A DNA stretch of 61,710 nucleotides from Minisyncoccia bacterium. Its GTDB lineage: Bacteria > Patescibacteriota > Minisyncoccia > Phycocordibacterales > JAACPR01. The position numbers were made by a program, and so were the translations under genes. How positions within the stretch are numbered: position 1 is the first letter of the stretch; each line of letters starts with the position of its first letter. The notes below the pieces were generated by a model that worked only from the letters and a program-made list of their open reading frames with translations, was not told the DNA's origin and searched no databases. Positions 1-7,709 of the stretch are shown here, in pieces. The stretch lies in NCBI GenBank assembly GCA_041740795.1, contig JBGSLH010000004.1:1-61710 (forward strand). Direction: 5' to 3'.

Positions 1-48
1 TTTGTGTAAGAAAATGAAATGTTAATTTCCTTTTTCTTGTTCCGTTTA
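1..48 (+). other. 5' strand of 16S precursor processing stem (pairs with 1850-1897)
   Basis: TTTGTGTAAGAAAATG...TTCTTGTTCCGTTTA is complementary to TAAACGGAGCAAGAA...CATTTTCAAACACAAA. Confidence 0.8.
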
Positions 49-78
49 TTTCAAAATTGGTGATGTAAATCACCCATT

Positions 79-1730
79 TATTTTAAGAGTTTGATCCTAG
101 CTCAGGATGAACGCTGGCGACATGGATAAGGCATGCAAGTCGAACGAGGCCTAGAGCCGAGTGGCAGACGAGGTAGTAACATGTGGGAACTTGCCCTAAA
201 GTCAGGAATAATTCGTCGAAAGGCGAACTAATACTTGATAGTCCTGCTGTGTAATAACAGTAAGGTAAAGTTTTAACGCTTTAGGAGAGGCCCGCACAGT
301 ATCAGTTAGTTGGTGAGGTAATGGCTCACCAAGACTATGACGCTTAGGGGAGCTGAGAGGCTGACCCCCACCGATGGTACTGAGACACGGACCATACACC
401 TACGGGTGGCCGCAGTCGAGAATCTTCCACAATGGGCGCAAGCCCGATGGAGCGATGTCGCGTGATTGATGAAGTGTTTCGGCATGTAAAGATCTTTTCT
501 CGAGGAGGAAGTTTATTGACGTTACTCGAGGAATAAGGGGTTGCTAAACTCGTGCCAGCAGCAGCGGTAATACGAGTGCCCCAAGCGTTATCCGGAATTA
601 TTGGGCGTAAAGGGTCCGCAGGCGGCTCTATTAGTCTTGTGTGAAATCTCCCGGCTTAACTGGGAAGACGCATAGGAAACGGTAGAGCTAGAGGATGTGA
701 GAGGTATGTGGAACTCATGGTGTAGGGGTGAAATCCGTTGATATCATGGGGAACACCGAATGCGAAGGCAGCATACTGGCACATTCCTGACGCTCAGGGA
801 CGAAAGCACGGGTAGCGAATGGGATTAGATACCCCAGTAGTCCGTGCCCTAAACGATCCTGACTTGCTTTTTGGAGTATCGACCCTCCAAGAGGCGTAGC
901 TAACGCGTTAAGTCAGGCGCCTGGGTAGTACGACCGCAAGGTTAAAACTCAAAGGAATAGACGGGGACTTGCACAAGCGGTGGATCATGTGGCTTAATTC
1001 GTCGATAAACGAAGAACCTTACCAAGGCTAGAAATCTATATGCAAGGCTACAGAAACGTAGTCCCTCTTCGGACATATAGACAGGTGATGCATGGCCGTC
1101 GTCAGTTCGTGGTTTGAATTGTTCCCTTAAGTGGGGTAACGAACGCAACCCTCGTCGTGTGTTATACGTGTCACACGAGACTGCCCCCGCCTCAACTTTT
1201 AAATTTTCCGTAAAATCCGGCTAAAAAATGTCTTCTGAATTCAGAGTAGATAACCTACACTTCATTCAGTTCAACATTTTTTATCTCGAATTTTGCAGAA
1301 AAATTTTGAAAAGTTACATTCTAAAATATTTAGGATGTGACTTATTAGAATAGTTTGAAATGTGAGGCGGGGGAGGAAGGCGAGGATGACGCCAGGTCAG
1401 CATGTCCCTTGATGCCTTGGGCCGCACACGTGATACAATGCCCATAACAACAAGACGCAATGCCGTAAGGTGGAGCAAATCTTTATAAAAATGGGCTCAG
1501 TTCGGATTGAGGTCTGCAACTCGACCTCATGAAGTTGGAATCGCTAGTAATCGCAGGTCAGCTATACTGCGGTGAATACGTTCTCAAGTCTTGTACTCAC
1601 CGCCCGTCAAGTCAAGGGAGCTGGGAGCACCCGAAGTCTCATTTTATATGGGATTAAGGTGAGTTCAGTAACAGGGACTAAGTCGTAACAAGGCACGGGT
1701 AGCGGAAGCTGTTCGTGGATTATTTCAAAT
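79..1730 (+). rRNA. rrs: 16S rRNA (with internal insertion)
   Basis: AGAGTTTGATCCTAGCTCAG at 86-105, GTGCCAGCAGCAGCGGTAA at 552-570, ATTAGATACCC, AAGTCGTAACAAGG at 1680-1693; ends are approximate. Confidence 0.98.
1186..1371 (+). other. Intervening sequence / expansion in 16S helix 40
   Basis: AT-rich insert between GAGACTGCC and GGAGGAAGG, closed by CCCGCCTCA/TGAGGCGGG; long internal hairpins; no ORF. Confidence 0.9.
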
Positions 1731-1900
1731 GAAAATCGTTGATACCGAAAGGTATTGATTCCGAGTCGATTTCTGTGCCTCAATTGAGCACAGAAAAACA
1801 ATAGTATTCAGTTTCAAAAGTATACTCAGACAGTAGGAAAGACTATACTTAAACGGAGCAAGAACAAGGCACTTAACACCACATTTTCAAACACAAATAT

Positions 1901-1950
1901 CGCACAAATACCCATTTCTCTTAGGAGAGGTGGGTATTTTGCGTTTACTT
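1901..1950 (+). terminator. Intrinsic terminator after 16S
   Basis: AAATACCCATTTCTC-TTAG-GAGAGGTGGGTATTT hairpin followed by T-rich tail. Confidence 0.7.
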
Positions 1951-1984
1951 TACTAAATAAGCTTTATATGTTATAAATATAGGG

Positions 1985-2095
1985 ATGTTTAGTTCAACAC
2001 AACACACTCGAGTCGGTCCTGTCGGAAAAATAATACAAGGAATCATTGTTATTGCAGCAATCTCCATTCTACTCCTTTCCCTCATGTCTGTTTGA
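1985..2095 (+). CDS. Small single-TM protein, 36 aa (not in ORF track)
   Basis: MFSSTQHTRVGPVGKIIQGIIVIAAISILLLSLMSV; TATGTT -10-like element just upstream. Confidence 0.6.
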   Translation: MFSSTQHTRVGPVGKIIQGIIVIAAISILLLSLMSV

Positions 2096-2147
2096 GTGCC
2101 TTGTCGGAGTCATACTTCTGGATCGTTCCTCAAGTGATGACTAGGTA

Positions 2148-2187
2148 CCCCTGTCTTGCGTCGCGTATACACGATGCGAGACAGGGG
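2148..2187. repeat. GC-rich inverted repeat
   Basis: CCCCTGTCTTGCGTCG...CGATGCGAGACAGGGG. Confidence 0.7.
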
Positions 2188-2205
2188 ATTTTTGTACCTT
2201 GCTCC

Positions 2206-2255
2206 GTATACCTCGCTCCGACCCAGGAGTGCTCCTCGGTCGGAGCGAGGTATAC
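2206..2255. repeat. REP-like palindrome family A, copy 1
   Basis: GTATACCTCGCTCCGACC...GGTCGGAGCGAGGTATAC; same arms at 43379-43422. Confidence 0.85.
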
Positions 2256-2298
2256 AGAATCCTTTACAAATAGACTATAGTGTGCTATTATATATTGG

Positions 2299-2604
2299 AT
2301 GAAAACTGTTCTATCCGTTACTGCTGTCGCCATGTTTGTCGTTCTCGCCATCTTTGGAATTCAAAGGGGACTGAGAAGTACCTTGAGTGTTCCTTTGGTG
2401 TACATGCCCTCTGATTCAGTGGTTTATGACACGGAAGAAGGATTTGATTCTTCTCCTGTCATTGCCGTTCAGAATCCTGATGGGACATGGATGCGTTCGG
2501 ACAAATGGCCAACAGTCTTGAAGCAACGCTATGAAATCACATACGTATCACCCGATTGGGTGCCTCCGTATGTGGCGGATCCGTCACTTCTCACTTTGAG
2601 ATGA
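2299..2604 (+). CDS. Hypothetical membrane-anchored/secreted protein
   Basis: 101-aa ORF with N-terminal hydrophobic segment, own TTTACA-17-TATTAT promoter and downstream terminator. Confidence 0.75.
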   Translation: MKTVLSVTAVAMFVVLAIFGIQRGLRSTLSVPLVYMPSDSVVYDTEEGFDSSPVIAVQNPDGTWMRSDKWPTVLKQRYEITYVSPDWVPPYVADPSLLTLR

Positions 2605-2624
2605 CACTCTATCGTCTCAATTAT

Positions 2625-2660
2625 AAACCGCCCGGCACCTTGTGTCTGGCGGTTTTTCTT
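2625..2660 (+). terminator. Intrinsic terminator
   Basis: AAACCGCC...GGCGGTTTTT. Confidence 0.7.
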
Positions 2661-2696
2661 TGGATTGACTTGAGCCCGATCTTTGATACAGTAGGG

Positions 2697-2780
2697 AAGT
2701 CGTAAGACAACTGGCCTGTAAGGGATTTATGTGAAGATGCCCCCGCATCTTATCGTAGATCCCTTACAGGCCTTTCTTTA
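2697..2780 (+). ncRNA. Candidate small RNA 1
   Basis: TTGACT(2665)-16-TGaTACAGT promoter; 14-bp perfect stem GGCCTGTAAGGGAT/ATCCCTTACAGGCC then T-rich tail; no ORF. Confidence 0.45.
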
Positions 2781-2843
2781 TCTTGCTGCGACTTTGAGAT
2801 ATCCTCGCTTTACATATTTTGCCACGTCTGGTATTTTAGGTTT

Positions 2844-2920
2844 GAGATCCTCCGGTGACTTCAAGTATTACGCAATGGAGCAATTTGCTTAGGACTTGTC
2901 GGAGGGTCTTTTTACTTTAT
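2844..2920 (+). ncRNA. Candidate small RNA 2
   Basis: TTTACA(2809)-17-TATTTT(2832) promoter; predicted start coincides with base of a long hairpin GAGATCCTCCG/CGGAGGGTCTT followed by a T-run. Confidence 0.45.
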
Positions 2921-2964
2921 TTTTTAAGATATATTTGATATAGTGAGCCGACGGTCAAACGCAT

Positions 2965-3040
2965 GCGCGCGTAGCTCAGTTGGTAGAGCACGTCACTGAT
3001 ACTGACGGGGTCCCAGTTTCGAAGCCTGGCGCGCGCACCA
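2965..3040 (+). tRNA. tRNA-Ile(GAT), non-canonical T arm
   Basis: Cloverleaf: GCGCGCG acceptor, GCTC/GAGC D stem, CGTCA-CTGATAC-TGACG anticodon arm, encoded CCA. Confidence 0.88.
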
Positions 3041-3340
3041 CAAGAAACAGCCCGAGGACTTAGTCCTCGGGCTTTTTCTTGTGGTGCGCGCGGAAACGAA
3101 GCGAAGCTTCGTTTCAAGGATTCGAAAGGCGCAGGCCTAGGGCCCCCGCATCCATAAAGCGACAGCGAAATGGATCTGGGATGGCCGAGCCGGGGTCGCG
3201 AGCACTTAGGAGAATTCGACCGACAGGGAAGAATTATACTTAGTGACTTGTGACCGGATCCTGGATGTTTTTAACTGTGGGGCGAATTCGGTAAGCAACA
3301 TGACTGTGATTTTAAGAACCTGTGCCCGAATCCTGGTGCG
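3041..3340. repeat. tRNA-anchored multi-hairpin element
   Basis: Inverted copy of the tRNA 3' end at 3082-3092, stacked hairpins, and a degenerate direct copy CGAATCCTGGTGCG at 3327-3340. Confidence 0.6.
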
Positions 3341-3344
3341 TTAG

Positions 3345-3899
3345 TTAAGCAATCAATCGTCCTTCAAAGTATCTATTTTCAATTTGAGATATCGCTATAT
3401 TAAAATTAGTTGATTGAATAATTTCAAATGCTTTTTCTTCAAAAGGTTTAAAACTTAGTGGAAGAATATTAATTAGAGTTTTTGAAATTAATTTCTTATC
3501 AAAAATAGAGCTTTCAATATAACCTAATCTTAATAAATACCAAGTTGCAACAAATAGGGAGCAAGGATATTTTTTTGTTTTTACGTAATCTAAAATTTGT
3601 TTTTTTAAAGTGCCATTATGAATCAATGATAGTACCTCATCACAACTTGGAATTAGTTGGGATTCTCTTAAGATGATATCTGGCTGGAATCCTTCTTTTT
3701 TTAACCACTGTGTAAGAATAGTATAATCAAAAGATAGATCGGGAAATGAATAATCATCAACCATTACAACCAGAGTTGTTGATTTGCCTCTGTGTTCTTT
3801 TGTTACGCCTTGAAGTATTTCAACAGAAAACACTTGTTCATCACTAATGTTTTTATTTGTGTAAATATGAGCGTATTCAATAGAGATATCTTTTTTCAT
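3345..3899 (-). CDS. Hypothetical protein, possibly SCO2522-like (HUP/Rossmann-type)
   Basis: 184-aa ORF; motifs SIEYAHIY, VMVDDY, RES, CSLFVATWYLLRLG, ILPxxFxxxE. Confidence 0.75.
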   Translation of the reverse strand: MKKDISIEYAHIYTNKNISDEQVFSVEILQGVTKEHRGKSTTLVVMVDDYSFPDLSFDYTILTQWLKKEGFQPDIILRESQLIPSCDEVLSLIHNGTLKKQILDYVKTKKYPCSLFVATWYLLRLGYIESSIFDKKLISKTLINILPLSFKPFEEKAFEIIQSTNFNIAISQIENRYFEGRLIA

Positions 3900-3935
3900 A
3901 ATAGAAGTATATCAAAAGATTTAATTAGTTATTCC

Positions 3936-4655
3936 CTACATCACCCCCAGCCCCTTCAGTAACTCCATCTTCTCTCCAACAGTAATCTCTCTCCCTTGTC
4001 CTTCTTTCAATATGGTCCCGAGCCGAAGGTTCATAATCCTTGTTCTCTTCAACTCCTTAATCTGATAACCAAGCGCCGCACACATCCGTCTGATCTGATG
4101 CTTTTTACCTTCGGTAAGAATGATTTTGAATGAGCGTTCTCCTGTAAGTTCAACCTCACAGTCCTTGGTCATGTATCCTTCGATGTTTACACCATGAGAC
4201 ATTTTTTTGGCAAAAGAAGCGGTGAGTGCTTTGTCTACTCGGATTCTGTATTCTTTCTCGTGATGGTACTTTGGACTGAGGAGGCGATCCACGATTCGTG
4301 TATCGTTCGTAAGGAATACGAGTCCACGAGAGGCTTTATCCAAGTTTCCAATTGGTTGGAGCTTTTGTGCTTTTGCCCAGATGTGTGCGATTGATTTTTC
4401 ATCACCTTGAGGGTTACGTGTAACAATTCCAACTGGCTTGTTGAAAACGTAATACACGAAGTTCTCTTTTTTCTTTTCGATGAGGGAATCGATCGCGACT
4501 TCATCCTGCTCGTTCACTTTCTGTCCAAGGACTGCAGGCTTTCCATTAATTGTTACGAGACCTTGCTTGATAAAAATATCCGCCTGACGACGTGAGCAAT
4601 AATTTTTGAGATAGAGGTATCTGTTCAGACGAACAGGATATTCGATTTGATCCAT
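3936..4655 (-). CDS. S4-domain pseudouridine synthase (RluF/RluB/RsuA family)
   Basis: RLNRYL...SRRQAD S4 domain, NKPVG, GNLDKASRGL catalytic Asp motif, EGKKHQIRRM; start re-assigned to MDQIEY. Confidence 0.93.
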   Translation of the reverse strand: MDQIEYPVRLNRYLYLKNYCSRRQADIFIKQGLVTINGKPAVLGQKVNEQDEVAIDSLIEKKKENFVYYVFNKPVGIVTRNPQGDEKSIAHIWAKAQKLQPIGNLDKASRGLVFLTNDTRIVDRLLSPKYHHEKEYRIRVDKALTASFAKKMSHGVNIEGYMTKDCEVELTGERSFKIILTEGKKHQIRRMCAALGYQIKELKRTRIMNLRLGTILKEGQGREITVGEKMELLKGLGVM

Positions 4656-4734
4656 ACGCATTAAATTACCATATTTTTTAAGGTTTGTACAGGTAACGCC
4701 TAGTGCCTTGTATGTCAGGCTCAGAGCATGACTT

Positions 4735-5733
4735 TTATCTAAAGATATTCGGCTCCGCTTCCAAAACAACATCGAAAGATTCCTGCACCAACTTTGTAAT
4801 GCGTGTGATTACCTGCAAGAGGTCTTGAAACGACGCATCTCCTGTATTTATCAAAATCAACTTATTCGCTTCGTTAAAAATCACCGTATCATTTTGTGTC
4901 AAAAGATAATCCACATGTTCGATCAACCAGCCGGCATAGAGTTTGATCTGATCGTCTTCTGTTTTAAAAAAGGGAATGTTCGGATAATGCACGAGGAGTT
5001 TCTCCAAATGTTTTTGATTGATAATTGGATTTTTAAAAAACGAACCACAGTTGGGAAAGATTTTGTAATCGGGAATCTTCTTGTTCCGTATTTCGATAAT
5101 TGCATTACGTATCTCGACAAGAGTCGGATGAGATTTTGTAAAATATTCCTGTACTGCTTTGTATGCAGGGATATCAGGAAGGGTAGTCTGAAGTCTGATC
5201 CTGATATTCAAGATGACATACTGTCTCGGGTTTTGCTTAAAAATACTGTCTCGATATGCGAACAAACAATCTCTCTTTGAGAAGATCTCATACGTATTTT
5301 TTTCTCTATCAAACACTTCCGCTTCTACAAAAACATTTGCGAGTTCTGCTCCGTATGCTCCGATATTTTGAACCGGTGCTGCGCCGACTGTTCCAGGTAT
5401 TCCTGACAGTGCTTCGATGCCAGAAAGGTTTTTAGCTACCGTCCATGCCACCAAATCCTCCCATGATTCGCCGCCCTGGGCAGTTACGATAACTGTGTGG
5501 TCCGATTCCTGTTGGACAGTGATTCCTTTGAGTCTCATTAGTCCGATGATGTAGTGGTTGGTACTCTCGCCAAAGATTGAATTCGATCCTTCTCCGATGA
5601 TAATAAGTGGTTTATCCACATCTCTCGAATATGAGTTTATTTTTTCTATATCCGATTTTTCATTAATTTCAAATACTCTGTGGGCAATGCCACCTATTTT
5701 GAAGGTGGAGTATACTCTCAAATCAAGATTCAT
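4735..5733 (-). CDS. murB: UDP-N-acetylenolpyruvoylglucosamine reductase
   Basis: STFKIGG, IGEGSNSIF, GIPGTVGAAPVQNIGAYG, NCGSFFKNP, EPN; start re-assigned to MNLDL. Confidence 0.96.
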   Translation of the reverse strand: MNLDLRVYSTFKIGGIAHRVFEINEKSDIEKINSYSRDVDKPLIIIGEGSNSIFGESTNHYIIGLMRLKGITVQQESDHTVIVTAQGGESWEDLVAWTVAKNLSGIEALSGIPGTVGAAPVQNIGAYGAELANVFVEAEVFDREKNTYEIFSKRDCLFAYRDSIFKQNPRQYVILNIRIRLQTTLPDIPAYKAVQEYFTKSHPTLVEIRNAIIEIRNKKIPDYKIFPNCGSFFKNPIINQKHLEKLLVHYPNIPFFKTEDDQIKLYAGWLIEHVDYLLTQNDTVIFNEANKLILINTGDASFQDLLQVITRITKLVQESFDVVLEAEPNIFR

Positions 5734-5736
5734 ACG

Positions 5737-5754
5737 TATATCATATGTGATATA
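5737..5754. promoter_or_regulatory. Palindrome overlapping divergent murB/murA -10 elements (candidate operator)
   Basis: TATATCA-TATG-TGATATA in a 29-bp intergenic gap. Confidence 0.55.
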
Positions 5755-5762
5755 TTGGGTAT

Positions 5763-7280
5763 ATGTCAAAAAAGAATTCAGCATCAGATTCCTTGCAGAA
5801 AATCGGAACACTTATCAAGTCACTCAGGTCACAGAAAGGTCTTACTCAAGGTGATTTTGCAAAACTACTCAAGACATCACAGAGCGCCGTTGCACGGATA
5901 GAATCCGGAAATCAGAATCTTACAACGAACGAAATTCTCAAGATTGGAGAAGTTCTTCATCGTAAAATAATCTCACTCGACAAGTCGATCGATTTTAAAA
6001 TCATCGGAGGAAAAAAACTCAGCGGTTCAATCGAGACGAATACGTCCAAGAACGGCGCGATGGGATTGCTCTGCGCATCTCTACTCAACAAAGGAACTAC
6101 AATTCTCAGACGCGTGCCACGTATCGAAGAAGTGAATCGAGTACTTGAAGTGTTCGATAGTATCGGTGTGCAGTACAAATGGGAAGGGACGACCCTGACT
6201 ATCAAACCTCCCAAAAAATTCAAGATGAGCAACTTGCAGGCGGAGTCTGCTAGTAAAATCCGTTCTGCACTTATGATGATTGGTTCGCTTATACATCATG
6301 TCGAATCTTTTGATCTTCCTCATGCAGGAGGATGCAAGATGGGAGAGCGAACCATCGCAGCTCACCGCTACGGACTCGAAGAGCTTGGAATCAAGATTGA
6401 TACGAAGTCTGATTTTTATAAGATATCAAAAAAGAAACTGCACAGGGCGGACATTGTCATGTACGAAGCAGGTGACACAGCTGTGATCAATATTCTTCTT
6501 GCTGCAGCGGGGATTCCTCAAGAAACCAACATCTCATTTGCTTCGTCGAATTACCAGGTCCAGGAGGTGTGCTTTTTTCTCCAGAAGATGGGAGTGATTG
6601 TTGAAGGAATCGGAACACATCGGCTCAAGGTAAAAGGAATAAAAGATATTAATATGACAATTGAATTTTCATGTGCAGAAGATCCGATCGAGTCCATGAT
6701 GTTTATTGCTGCCGCGATTGTTACGCAGTCCGAATTGACCGTCAAAAAATGCCCAATCGATTTTCTTGCTCTCGAACTCCTCAAACTAGAGAAAATGGGA
6801 CTCAAATATAAAAAGAGCAAAGTATACAAATCTGAGAATGAGCACACTGACCTTGTTGATGTTGTCGTGTATCCATCGAAGCTAGTCGCGCCTGCAGACA
6901 AGATCGCTGCCATGCCGTATCCAGGAATCAACACGGACAACCTTCCGTTTTTTGTTCCGATAGCAACACAAGCAGAAGGGCAGACTCTTATACATGACTG
7001 GATGTGGGAAAATCGCGCGATCTATTTTACGGAACTTAATAGGCTCGGTGCCAACATTAAGCTTGCAGATCCTCATCGTGTGTTCGTAATAGGAAAGACT
7101 CCACTTAAGGCCGCGCAGATCGTGTGTCCGCCTGCGCTTCGTCCTGCGATGATCATCTTGATCGCGATGCTTGCAGCACCGGGCGAATCTATCTTGAGAA
7201 ACGTATATGCGATTGAAAGAGGATATGAGGATATTGCAAATCGTCTGAATTCCATCGGGGCGGATATCAAGATTGTGTAA
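5763..7280 (+). CDS. murA: XRE-HTH fused UDP-N-acetylglucosamine 1-carboxyvinyltransferase
   Basis: N-terminal LRSQKGLTQGDFAKLLKTSQSAVARIESG HTH; SKNG, LPHAGGCKMGER (catalytic Cys), PYPGINTD, RGYE. Confidence 0.95.
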   Translation: MSKKNSASDSLQKIGTLIKSLRSQKGLTQGDFAKLLKTSQSAVARIESGNQNLTTNEILKIGEVLHRKIISLDKSIDFKIIGGKKLSGSIETNTSKNGAMGLLCASLLNKGTTILRRVPRIEEVNRVLEVFDSIGVQYKWEGTTLTIKPPKKFKMSNLQAESASKIRSALMMIGSLIHHVESFDLPHAGGCKMGERTIAAHRYGLEELGIKIDTKSDFYKISKKKLHRADIVMYEAGDTAVINILLAAAGIPQETNISFASSNYQVQEVCFFLQKMGVIVEGIGTHRLKVKGIKDINMTIEFSCAEDPIESMMFIAAAIVTQSELTVKKCPIDFLALELLKLEKMGLKYKKSKVYKSENEHTDLVDVVVYPSKLVAPADKIAAMPYPGINTDNLPFFVPIATQAEGQTLIHDWMWENRAIYFTELNRLGANIKLADPHRVFVIGKTPLKAAQIVCPPALRPAMIILIAMLAAPGESILRNVYAIERGYEDIANRLNSIGADIKIV

Positions 7281-7359
7281 TAAAACTGACTAAAATCTTT
7301 CTAAAGAAATTTATAATCTGTGGAAAAGTCGCTTTTTTGGATGTGCTATGCTGAAGACA

Positions 7360-7638
7360 ATGAAACGAAAACTTTCTACAAAAGAACGTGATGAAGTGGT
7401 GACAAAAGGATATCTTGAAGATCAGGATTTTGTAACGAAACAGTATATCGAAGAGCAAAATTTTGTAACCAAGGACTATCTCGATATGAGACTCGAGACT
7501 TTTCAAAAAGATATGTACCAACACATTACTGCGCTTATGGAACATAATCGAGAACAAACACTTGTCTTGATCGATGCGTTTCAGGGTAGATTCGAACGGA
7601 TTGAACGGCGACTTGATATTGGAGCATGGGGTGCGTAA
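7360..7638 (+). CDS. Small coiled-coil protein with (F/V)VTKxY repeats, paralog of 57957-58301
   Basis: KLSTKERDEVVTKGYLED...FERIER shared with the second copy; start set by -10 spacing. Confidence 0.8.
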   Translation: MKRKLSTKERDEVVTKGYLEDQDFVTKQYIEEQNFVTKDYLDMRLETFQKDMYQHITALMEHNREQTLVLIDAFQGRFERIERRLDIGAWGA

Positions 7639-7709
7639 GTTCAAAACATGGGTGACATTTCTTCTATAAAATGCTACACTGGCGTTCATTATTTATTTTA
7701 AAAATTGAT

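Noticed and set aside
1186-1371. Group I intron or homing endonuclease in the 16S insert
   Set aside because: Too short, no ORF, no recognisable P7/catalytic core
202-1801. ORF-track calls inside the 16S gene
   Set aside because: Antisense artefacts of rRNA
2844-2920. SRP (4.5S) RNA
   Set aside because: GCAA and AGCA are present but the CAGG-stem-GNRA-stem-AGCA geometry cannot form
3255-3340. attR of an integrated prophage or island
   Set aside because: Only ~300 bp from the tRNA, no integrase, repeats degenerate
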